From Paraspadella gotoi (lineage: Eukaryota; Animalia; Chaetognatha): DNA of 64,000 nt. Location: NCBI GenBank assembly GCA_051294375.1, contig CM119270.1, forward strand, positions 2,704,243-2,768,242, given 5' to 3'. Of the stretch, positions 1-11,217 are shown piece by piece. The translations under genes and the position numbers were made by a program. Under the pieces are notes generated by a model. It saw nothing but the letters and a program-made list of their open reading frames with translations, was not told the origin of the DNA and did no database searches. Position 1 is the stretch's first letter. Each line of letters starts with the position of its first letter.

Positions 1-217
1 GAACTCACCTCAACGCCCTCTTCTCCTCGTTGATTCCTCGTCTCAGCTGCAACTGTCCTGACGTCGTTAAGTCGTCTCTTCCCTCTTCGACGAAAATAAA
101 AGCCAAGATAATATCCCCCGCCCGAGAAGACAACATCGGCCGACGACGACGGTTCCTGCCCACGAACGAGTGACGAAGCCCTACTCCGCCGTCCCCAAGT
201 AACGTCCGACCGACACC

Positions 218-3188
218 ATGGCGCTCAACGTCAACCGGAGCGTCGACGACCAGTTTTATCGATACAAGATGCCCAAGTTACAAGCGAAGGTGAGTGGGGG
301 TGGGTACTGGGTAGTGTGAGCTATGAAATCACGGTTTTATTTTCTAAAAACTTTTTTTTTTCCCGTTTATTTTATGATAACGCGTGCACTATTAAATTTT
401 AAAAAATTAAGTTACTAGTCATAATGCGAATTCCATCTGTTTAAAAAATCCGTCAATTTCCCGAAGCATCGACGTCACCGCTGTTGACGTCATCGCCGTG
501 GGTGGCAAATTTGTCGCCGAAGCGAAACAGGCGGAACCCCGCCCACGCACTCTCGCGAGAACAAGCTGGGAATAGACGAATGGGAGAGAGAGGGAGAGAG
601 CGCCGTTATTAGGAAAGGGAAGAAAAACTAGAAAGAAGAAAAATGGGAAGAGGGAAAAGGCGAAGGGAGAGAACAAGGGGCGGAAGAGGGTTAAATTTAA
701 TCTTTCACCGAAACCGATCTTTCCTATTTTCATTTCTCCCTTTTCATATGCAAATACTTCTCACCGAGTCGAGAGAACGAAAATAAAAACCAAATTACAA
801 TAAAATATTTTTTTTGGTTCAGGTTGAAGGAAAAGGAAATGGCATAAAGACGGTGGTGGTGAACGCGGTGGAGGTGGCCAAAGCCCTTTCCCGTCCCCCG
901 ACTTACCCGATCAAGTTCTTTGGGTGCGAATTAGGGGCGCAGACTCAGTTCGACGTCAAGCACGATCGATACATCGTCAATGGCGCGCACGATGCCAATC
1001 GCTTGCAGGTGACCAAGCTTAATGCTTACTCAAGAATAGTTGTAATTCTTATGAAATTGTTATTTTAAAGCGCTGTCGTTTCCCCTCAATTATTAAAGTA
1101 GAAAAGATAGTAATATTAAACTTGATTAAAGATTGTAAAGATTTTCATGTAAATGAGATTAAGGGCCTCGATCGCAATTCTAATTATTTTCTATTACTGA
1201 AAAATTCCTCTACATTTCTGCAGGAGTTGCTGGACGGTTTCATCAAGAAGTTCGTCCTCTGCCCGGCCTGCGATAATCCCGAGACGACCCTGAATCCCAA
1301 CCAGAAAAAGCAGATCATCACCCAGCGCTGCAAGGCCTGCGGAAACTCGGGTCTTCTCGACATGAGGCACAAGCTGACCACCTTCATCCTGCGCCACCCT
1401 CCCGACGCACCCATGGACGGCGCCGAATCAGGCAAGAAAGGCAAAAAGGGAAAAGAGAAGAAAACTACGGCCGGCGGCGCTGAGGCCTCCACCGAAGGCT
1501 CCACGTCAGTCGCCGGCGGAGGCGGCGCCGGTGCCGGCTCCTCTGCGGGCCCGGCGTCGCACGGCGCCGGAAAACACAAGCCGTCGATGAACGGGGACGC
1601 GCCGTCGCCGGAGCAGACCGAAGGACGCGACGGGGAAATGTTCGAGGCTCCGCCGGCCGCCAAGAACGGTGACGCTTCCAACGGCGCTTCCGGAAGGTTG
1701 GTATTGGGTGCCAGCAGATGGAAGCGATTCCTTGAATTTTGATTTCCCGATTAAACTAATACTCTCGATCCTCCAGCGACGAAGACGACGGGGACTGGGG
1801 CGAAGAGGACCTGACCGAGGAAGCCAAGGCGGCGCGGATGAACGAGTTGGGAGACGCCGTCAAGAAGCTGACTATGAGCGACGATCTTGACAAGCCGGAG
1901 GAGGAGCGCATGAGGATGTTCTCAGAATATCTGCAAGACAAAATGGTGTGTGTGCGTGAGAGAGATTTTTTCGTGGTTGATCAATGATCACTTTGCTCGG
2001 TTCCAATCCTCTAGTGATTTGCTCTTCCTTGTCCTATCAAAACATTCCTGTTCTTCTAAAGATTGATTATACATTTTAGATAAACAATATTTCATTCGAT
2101 TATAGAAATTGTGTTTTTTTTTCCTCAGACATCGGGCGATCTGAAATCTTCCATCAAGGATTTGATGGGAGAAGCCGAACGCCTCGAGATTCGCGACAAG
2201 GCGCCGCTCGTCTTTTGCGACCGAATCTTTAACGCCAAGATCCTCAATCAGATCAAGGAGTATCGCGTCCTCTTGCTCAGGTGATATATTTAGTATTTAA
2301 TGGTCATTGTTAATGTCTATTTACTAAAAAATTTTTATTCTGCATTAGTTTTTGCGGGAACAATTCTCGGGCGCAGAAGAACCTTCTCAAGGGCGTGGAG
2401 ATCTTAGTGGGAATGCCGGAGCATAGTGCCGTGCTCATCCCTAAGGTGGCTCACATCCTCAAGGCTCTCTACGATTCCGGTAAGAAAGTCGAATCGTCGA
2501 CGGAATAAAGTCGAAATTTCTTTGCCTTTGTTTTGATTAACGTTGAATGTCCGTTCCCTTTTCTTTCTCAAGACATCGTGGAAGAAGAGGCCATCCTGGA
2601 TTGGGCTCGCAAACCTTCGAAGAAAGAGTTTTCTAAGGAGATTCACGCAAAGGCGGAGCCGTTCGTCAAGTGGTTGGCCGAAGCCGAAGAGGAGGACGAA
2701 AGCACGGATGAGGACGAAGACGGCGATCTCGAGGTGGGAGAGAGTAACGGTGTGGGCCAGGCCTGGTCACCTCCCCCACTCTTCCTCTCCTTCCCAATCC
2801 CCTGGCCCCCTCCACCTCTCTCCCTCTCTTTCCCAACCATTTTTAAACGCCATTTTGGCAGCAGCATCTCAAGGCGCTGTTGTCTGCTACCTTAGACAGT
2901 TTTGAGAGCGAGGTCGTCCCTTGTTGGACGAATGCCTTACTCAAGTCAAGAGTAACACTTTTCCTTGAAGCCGATCTTCGGCTAAGTATTTTCCTCTTTT
3001 CAAATTAATATTCAACGTCTTTCCAGGTGGGATTCGGCGCGGAAAACGCGACCCCGAAGGTGGAGGTGGTGACGCCGGCCGGAGACGGTCGCGGCGACGC
3101 CAAGGGTGGCCTCAATTCCAACGGCCAGGCTCCCGCTGAAGAGGAAGACGACGACGACGACGACGAAATTGATATCGACGACATTTAG
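218..3188 (+). CDS. eIF5: Eukaryotic translation initiation factor 5, 8 coding exons, ~501 aa
   Basis: Exons 218-289, 823-1008, 1224-1696, 1777-1945, 2129-2280, 2349-2479, 2573-2733, 3027-3188, all GT-AG and phase-consistent. Motifs: [32 protein letters not shown], Zn ribbon CPAC..CKAC, W2 domain ([25 protein letters not shown]), C-terminal DIDDI*. Confidence 0.97.
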
Positions 3189-3990
3189 TTTTGTGGAGCA
3201 TTGGGCAATTTATATATATTATACTGAGAAATGTTGCAGCTTTTTTTTTTTTAATAATTAAGTTATTCATGCGATCATAGTTGCGCTTTTTATCATTTTT
3301 TCGGAAAAAAAAAACCAAAGCCTTTGTGCGAAAAAAAAAGTATTTCTTTTCTTCGTCCTAAAAAATGCAGCGTTGTCCAGAAGTTGTTGCACCCTGCGCT
3401 ATTTCGAAATTATTAATCAGTGTTTGTTTTTTTTTTTCTTTTTTTTTAACTATTGCCTCTATTTTTAGTAATGATATGAAAAGCATCTTTAATAAATATT
3501 TTTTTAATTAATTTTTTTTTCCTTCTCGTTTAAATATTTTTCTCTTGTTTATGCTTTGTAATCGAATGTATTAATAATAGTAATAATCAATAGCCGTAAT
3601 CGGATAGGTTTTTGTGAGTGTCGAAGAGGGGAATTGGTATTTTTTTTACTTTTGTCAAGAGACGGTACAATTTCGGTCGCGGCCTCCTGGCGGAGCCCTG
3701 AGCACAGCGGATTTTGTTTTCTCTTCGGTCTTAAAGATTGTACGAGATCAGTATGTAGTGGGTAATTTCTTTTTTTTTTCCCCTTGTTGTGATACACTTT
3801 TTTAATGTCATTCTTAAACCTCTTGTTATTCTATAGTAGCGAATCTTTCCATTAAACGTTTGCTTATAACCCCCTCCTTTGAACGGATTTCGGCTTTTTG
3901 CGCCTCGTATAAACAATAGTTGATTTGATTAAATAGTCGACCATTCAAGCCGTCTGCTTTAGATTCCTAGGTTTTGACTATTATTTATTC

Positions 3991-4062
3991 TGAGGCGACT
4001 TACCACCGGTTTCTCTCTCTAAACCCTTCCTTAGAGAGAAAGACCGGTGGTAAGTCGCCTCA
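3991..4062. mobile_element. 72-bp hairpin mini-element, TG...CA ends, 4-bp TSD ATTC
   Basis: Perfect 20-bp inverted repeat TGAGGCGACTTACCACCGGT / ACCGGTGGTAAGTCGCCTCA, extended by an imperfect inner stem. ATTC at 3987-3990 and 4063-4066. Confidence 0.65.
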
Positions 4063-4472
4063 ATTCTTTCTTTCCAGTTCTAAGTTGTTTAGAAGTTTCG
4101 CACGGCAAGCTAGCTAATTAATTTGAGCTTGATTGTAAATATGATTCATACGTTTTATTTCCCTCTCGTTGGGAACCCTCCATTGAATGTACAGTCGTGT
4201 TTTTAGTATGGTTGTACCCAAAATGATTAACTAGTTTCCCCTAGATTCACTTATCTGATTGAGCATCGCCGCCAGGTGACGAGCTACATGATAGTTGAGG
4301 ATCGAAACGCCGTTTCATATTCGCGATTCTTAAGTTTGGAAGAAAAGCCTATTTCACGCACGAGGAAGATTTGGGGAAAACTTCTTTGATTCAGGTGACG
4401 CGAGATTCGTTTATTAATTTATTAATTAGTTAATTTAGTAGTCGTTTTTAAGTAATATGTATTTAATCTCAG

Positions 4473-4507
4473 CTGAGAAAGATGGCCACAGACGATGGCG
4501 ATCACAG
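4473..4507 (+). other. Putative upstream micro-exon of the creatine kinase gene (ATG at 4482)
   Basis: Acceptor tctcag| and donor CAG|gtaaaa. ATG in strong context (aagATGg). The phase-2 end is in frame with the acceptor at 6471/6472 and the CK ATG at 6518. Confidence 0.45.
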
Positions 4508-6213
4508 GTAAAACTTTTTTTTTCTAATTTTTTTTACTCTGTTTTTCTCGATTTATTATTTTCTATGTTGTATTCTTTTTACGTAACGCACGTGGTCGAA
4601 ATTGTTTTATAAAAATATTAGGAATATATGTATTGTAAATACATGTTAATATTGTTAATAGCTTTCCTACAAAGAAAATATCGCCCGTGAGTTCTATTTT
4701 AGTCCTCGGTTCCATTGAAGGCTTGGCGTAACCTAATTCTCTGAATTATGAATGCAACAGTTTACGTAACTAGGGCAAGCTGCATCAAAGGATTTGGTTC
4801 TTTTGAGCTGGTTCAAAAAAGTTAATAATTCACAGAGAATGAGATTCAGAGAATCAGTGAGAAGTTTTCAGGAAAAATTTAAGAGCTCTGTACATTGTAC
4901 AGTGTACAATAAATAATTTGAAAAGTTTGTGGTGTACATGTTCCCCATTTGCTCATTCGTCTTGGAAAACTGCCATTTACTTTACTGGAAAGTTTCCACT
5001 TTTTTCAAAATCCCCTCAGTAAATCTTCGATTTATTTCGCTCACATTATTTGCATAGTTCTTAAATTTAATCGTAATTTGTGGTTCGTCTCGGTGCCTTT
5101 TTTAAGACTTTCTAATTGAGAAATTAAACCATTAAATTCACGTAATCAAAATCTGAGAAAAGTCGATAATTTTCTTTTTGCGGCCGGCAGCAGCGTCTTG
5201 TGCCAGACCTTGGGCGCAAAAAATACAACTTTCACTCGTTCTATCTTTCCCTCACTCTTTCTCTCACTCACTCTTCTGTCTCGACATTAAAACATTCTGT
5301 GAAGACTCTAGTTTGGCCTAGTGGCAGAACGATTGAGCAAAAGATTTCGCTCAACGAGAAACTGATCTCTTCGGGTCTAAAAAAAGAAAAAAATTCCCTG
5401 TGATTTTCAACTTCGTCGTTGCCCACTTTTGCGTCCTTTTTATTTTCGTCTCACGTTTCATTCTTGACTGCTTGTTTTCTTTCGAATCAATGAAAACGCG
5501 ATCCAGCCGAAGGGCACAAACTTTTTTTTTTTTGGTTTTTTCTCGTTGAGAGTCTAACCTCTAACGTCGCCCGTCGTTAACCTTTTCGGTTTTTCCCTTT
5601 CTCGCCTTTTCGACGTCACCTCGCCGGTCTTCCATTTCCATATTTCCATCCGAGCTTTTTCATTCTCTCTCTCTCCGCTTTTTTCATGCTGTCCCTTTGC
5701 CTTGCCTCTGGTGTATGTGCGGCTGTTTTAAGGTCGTCGTCTTCTTCATCTTCCATCGTCCCGGTTTCCATCCAACCCTGGGTCTATTTTTTCCTCTTCC
5801 TCTCGTCCTCCCCCTCCCTGTACCGAATCGTGTGTATTTTCCACCCGAAGAAGAAGGAAAAAAAATATTCTAAAAACTCGACTGATTTTTTTTTTTCTCC
5901 ACAAACACTCCTCTTCCCCGGTTCTATCTCTGATCCTTCGTGAAAAGAAAAAAAAAGAAAGAAAAAAAAATTTTAAAGATCATTTCGATCCAATTCGAGC
6001 CGCTCCTTCATTTTTTTTCCTTTATTTTTTTGTACCCGGTGTACCAAAACCCCCGCTCCCTTCCTAGTCGCAGGAACTGCTTCAGTCGCCGCTGCAGCAG
6101 CCGCCACAGCCGCGGTTGGCCCGTAGTGCACAAAATCGCGAACGCGCAATATCGCATCGGCATCAGTGGGCTGCAGTTTCGCGACTCTCAAGGGCTTCGG
6201 GTCTCTTCTTTTT

Positions 6214-6215
<2 letters not shown>

Positions 6216-6273
<58 letters not shown>
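6216..6273. repeat. (CT)n microsatellite
   Basis: Direct reading. Confidence 0.95.
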
Positions 6274-6277
<4 letters not shown>

Positions 6278-6517
6278 TCATTCCGCCACCATTTGCGTCT
6301 TTTTTGTCCTCGTGTGTGATTTCTCTCTCTCGATTTCCTCTCTCGTCCCCTTTTCCTTTTTTTTTCCTTCTCTCTCTTGATAGCCGTTTCCTTTTCTTTC
6401 CGTTCTTTTCGCCGCCTTTCGGACCACGCCCATCCTTCATATATGTTGACGTTATCGGTTGTCTTGCTCAGGAAGATTTCTTCGCTCGTTCCCTCATCCA
6501 TCCGCGCCTCAAGCAAA

Positions 6518-9500
6518 ATGGCCAAGCCCAATCAAGCTTTGTACGACGCGCAAGAAGACTACCCGGACCTCAGCAAGCATAACAATTGGATGGCGAAATG
6601 CTTGACACCGGAGATATACGCCAAGGTGAGAAAAATGGGTAAAGGAAGTGGCGGGAGAGAGAGAGAGAGAGAGAGAGAAAGAAATCCCGTGATTTGACCT
6701 TGGAGCGGATTCTTAAAACGAGAAGGGGATTCGTCGAAGGAGAAGCGGATTCTAAAAAAGAATCAACTTTTCTTTTGCGTCTAAACTTTTTCTAGTCTTT
6801 ATATCGATCTTATAGTCAAAAAGGGAGAGAAGGAAATAAATATGACGTCGATACGAAGAATAGGAAAAAAAAGGTCGCTTTTTGAGTTCTTGCCATGTTG
6901 TATAGATTGGAGGAGGTCGTTTTATTTTTTGTTTAAATATTATTATTTTTTGTTTAATAGCTTGTTAAATTTTCGTTTTACTAAACATTGTTTCTAAAAA
7001 CTAAGCATAATCTTTTTTTTTTTATCCACCAAGCTTCGCGACGTGTGTACGCCTTCCGGGTTCACGCTGGACAACGTGATCCAAACGGGCGTGGACAACC
7101 CGGGTCACCCTTTTATCATGACCGTGGGCGCCGTCGCCGGCGACGAGGAGACCTACGAAGTCTTCAAGGTCAGTGCACTCAGTTTTGGGTCTCGAGGGAT
7201 AGGAGAGGTCATTGACCGAGTCATTGCATTGCTCATTAGGGTGGAACGATGATAAGATTGAGCGATGGAACAATGTTTTTTGCTGCCTTTATATATATGT
7301 AATAAAAAATAATTAAACCCTTTTTCCAAAAAAAAAAAATTGTACAACAATATCATTATAGTAATATCCTTATAAAATTTCAAAATCATATTTTTTTATT
7401 TTAAAAACAGTTTCGGATTCTTTTATAAAATTTTTAGTGATATTTTTAAAAATAACAGCGCGAAAAAGTATAGAATTTGGATTTTTTAAATTTTTGATGC
7501 TGAAATTGAAATTAAAATTTTTAATAACACATTTTATTTTTTTTATCTTACTTTTTATAAAGAATCAGAATATTTAATTCAAATTTAAAAAATACTTAAT
7601 CATACTATCTCACGTCTAAATATCCGTTTGTTCACTCAAGTAAATTTATGTTCCCCAGTGCTCAACTCTATTGCTCATTCCTGAATCATGAATATATTTT
7701 AAACTGAATATGCTGGACTTTGCCCACACTGCTTCTTTGGAATGTTTCTATTTCTCGGTTTTTATAGAAAATTTACAAAAATCTCGTGATTGTCGAAGTC
7801 CGTTATTCGTAAATTTCCTGCCTGATTTAAAAACTGTATTATTAATCGGAGGCATTATACACATTCCTTTTTGCCGGTGAAAGTTTCATGAGAGCAGAAT
7901 TTTAAAACATTCTGTCAGCGAAATGTTTTTAATTCTAAAAATATTCTTGTTACAACCAGATCTGAAAACTGAATCACATTCTCGATCAAATACAACTTTT
8001 AACTCAACCACAATACACGATTCCTTTATTTGGATATTCTTTCGCAGAAACTCTGCTTCTTCCTAAAACCTCTAGTTGACCGTGCATGCCTCTTTCCAAA
8101 TTCGACTGGCCAAGTCTATCTCTCTCTCTCTCTCTTCTCCTCTCCGGAAGTTCCACGCCACGAGCGGACGAAAAATATTCTCTGTCCGATAAATTCAATC
8201 ATCCTTCGTAATAAAATTTTTTTACGCAGGGATTATTAAAAAAATGAAATTGTTAACTAAGCGATTGGTCTTCGTAGTTACATATTTGGTTCAGAAATTT
8301 AAGAAGTATCTCCTTATTTCTTAAAGAAAAGTTGTATACTTGAAATTAATAATAAGAATCTCCTAATTTGAACTGGAAATTTTGACCATTTTCCCCGGGG
8401 TCGGGTCGAGTCGTAGAGCCGACTTGTTGAGCCCTTTAGACTTTTTTTATCTCTCTCTCTCTCTCTCTTCATGGGTCCGAATTTCCAGAGTGGGAATCTC
8501 AACCTCAGGAACACGCCATCCCTGATTTCATAACCGACTTCTGTTTTCAGCTCGATTGTTTGCTGTTAAGCGAGAAGTCGCGGTTTGTTTGATTTTCGAG
8601 TTTTGTTGATCAAATGTTAGTTTTTGTATTTGAGAGGATTAAATAATGGTTTTTGCATGTTTATTTATAAATTATTGTAAGAGGGAAAGAAGCGAAGGAA
8701 ACAAGAAAGCAATTTGAAACACGAAGCAAAATGCGTTGTATCTTACTTTTTATGTTTAATGCGAGGTGTAATGAAAACTTTAATTTTCCCTAATTTTATG
8801 TTTACATTTTTTTTTGCTTAACAGCAAAGACTCAACCTCCAGAATATTCTCCCTCTATCACTGTATCATAATTAAATGTATTAAAAAGGGATATTCATCA
8901 TATTCATTCAAATTTTCTAGATCTTAAGCANNNNNNNNNNCGCTTGGGGGTGAAATGTTTACTCGTCGTTGTTAAGCGATGTCATCGATCCTCATGCGTC
9001 CTGATTTCCCAGGATTCGCACGCACGCACTCAGGCACGCACACAGGCACGCACTCAGACACACACTTGAAGATAGATAAACGAAGTGAATTGACTAGGAA
9101 TATGTTAATATAACTAATAGTTATTAGTTATTACTAATAGTTATTAACTATCAACGAACGACATTTTCTTCCTTCAGGATCTCTTGGATCCGATAATCGA
9201 CCAACGCCACAACGGCTTCGGTCCGGACAGCAACCACAAAACTGATCTTAACTGGAAGTCGGTCGTCGGCGATGACTTTGACGAGAATTACGTCATCAGT
9301 TCCCGGGTCAGGACGGGACGCTCAATCAAGGGTCAGTGTCGCACGCGACTCGTGCAAATATAAGGAAGGAACTTTTGATACAACCAAGAATGAGATCGAG
9401 TTCATCAATCTCATTTGCATATTGTCGTATTGACATTGACTTGTCATAAATTCTGTTCCTGTGTCATTTCATGTTCTCATATGTTATAATATGTTCTAAT

Positions 9501-11217
9501 ATCTGTCCCGACACTCCCGATTCACTCGCTCTCCCCTTTTTTTTTCACCCTTCTCCCCCCCTTCGTTATCCGCTTTTCTTTACCACCCTTTGTCGCCTAT
9601 TTCCCCCCCCCCCTCTTTTCCGCAATCTCTCACCACCCTTCTCCCATCTCAGGCATCGCCCTTCCACCCCACTGCACCCGGGGCGAACGCCGAAAAGTGG
9701 AAACGGTAGCGACTGAGGCTCTCTCCCAGTTGGGAGGCGAATTCGCCGGAAAGTACTACCCGTTGTCCAAGATGACGGACGCCGAACAGGAGCAACTCAT
9801 TGAGGATCATTTCCTCTTCGACAAACCCGTGTCGCCGCTCCTCACCTGCGCGGGTAAGAATTAACTATTGAAATTGGTGCAGCCTTTATTAAAACTATCT
9901 ATTAATTTATTAAATATGATATCTTGTATCCGGACGATGATGAGTTAAGATAATAACATAGCAGACCCTGCTAGGTTTCAATATGTGCATTGTGCAATGT
10001 AATGTACATTACTCTTCCTTTTTACCTTCAATTTTAAAAAAATATTTTTCTCTAAAGCCTCGAGAAGATTGAATGTGATCGGCGACGTCCAAACTGAAGG
10101 ATTCGACCATTAGTCATCTCTTTTAGGATGATTGGATGGGGACGAGGCTTTTAAAATAAAAGCGATGGAGGGTTGGTGGATTTAGGAAGCTCGGGTTAAC
10201 GATAAAGACAAAAAGAAGCGCTGAGTGCGTGTGGTCTTTAGGGGCCAGAGTGCAGAGGTTCACGGATCGTTAGCGATCGCGCTGTCTCCCTTCACAGGCC
10301 AAACGTGAAATTGGCTTCGCCTCACTGGAATCCCCCCTTTTTATTTCTCTTTTATTCCGTCTATTAAGTAGTATTTTTGTTAAAATAATAGTTAGAAAAG
10401 CAAAAGAGCAACAAAATAGTAGTTCCAGTAGCTTTTTTTTGGACACTGGGGAGGGCGCCCCGTTTCCCTCCGTAACGTGACCCGCACTCTTTAATCTCCT
10501 TGGGCAGGCATGGCCCGTGACTGGCCCGACGGTCGAGGCATCTGGCACAACGCCGAGAAAAACTTTCTGGTTTGGATCAACGAGGAAGATCATCTCCGCG
10601 TCATCTCCATGGAGAAATCGGGCAACATCAAGAAAGTCTTCAAACGATTCTGCGAAGGCTTGACTCAGGCGAGAAAGACAATTTAACGTTTTATTTGTCG
10701 CCCCTTTGATTAGAAAAAGGGATTCGGTTTTATGGCTTTTCGGGTTTAAGACTCAATTTTATCTTTATTCAGGTGGAGGATCTGATGAAGAAAGAAGGTC
10801 ACGAGTTCATGTGGAATCCTCACCTGGGATACATCCTCACCTGCCCGTCCAACCTCGGGACCGGTCTCAGGGCGGGAGTCCACGTCAAAATACCGCACGT
10901 CTCGTCTCACGAAAGATTCGGCGAGGTAATTAGAGGAATATGTTAATATTAAACAAATATAGATATTTTAATTATTTTTTTAATCTTTCTCTCCTCAGAT
11001 CTTGAAGAACCTCCGTCTCCAAAAGCGCGGGACAGGCGGAGTGGACACGGCGGCCGTGGGCGGGACCTTCGACATCTCCAACGCGGACCGCCTCGGCTTC
11101 AGCGAAGTGGAACTCGTCCAGTTCCTCGTCGACGGCGTCAATCTCCTCGTCCAGATGGAGAAGCGCCTGGAGGCGGGGAAACCCATCGACGACCTCGTCC
11201 CCGAGAAGATGAAATAA
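6518..11217 (+). CDS. CK: Creatine kinase (phosphagen kinase, single domain, cytosolic type), 7 coding exons, ~376 aa
   Basis: Exons 6518-6625, 7034-7168, 9178-9331, 9653-9853, 10508-10668, 10773-10925, 10999-11217. [13 protein letters not shown]; CK-type guanidino-specificity loop [13 protein letters not shown]; [12 protein letters not shown]; WINEEDH; [10 protein letters not shown]; [14 protein letters not shown]. Intron 5 is GC-AG. Intron 2 spans an N gap. Confidence 0.95.
8931..8940. other. Assembly gap (10 N)
   Basis: Run of n in CK intron 2. Confidence 1.

Noticed and set aside
6166-6200. MGC... start resembling the myristoylated flagellar CK N-terminus
   Set aside because: The codon is GTG, not ATG, the frame differs from CK and runs into (CT)n, and the CK here is single-domain.
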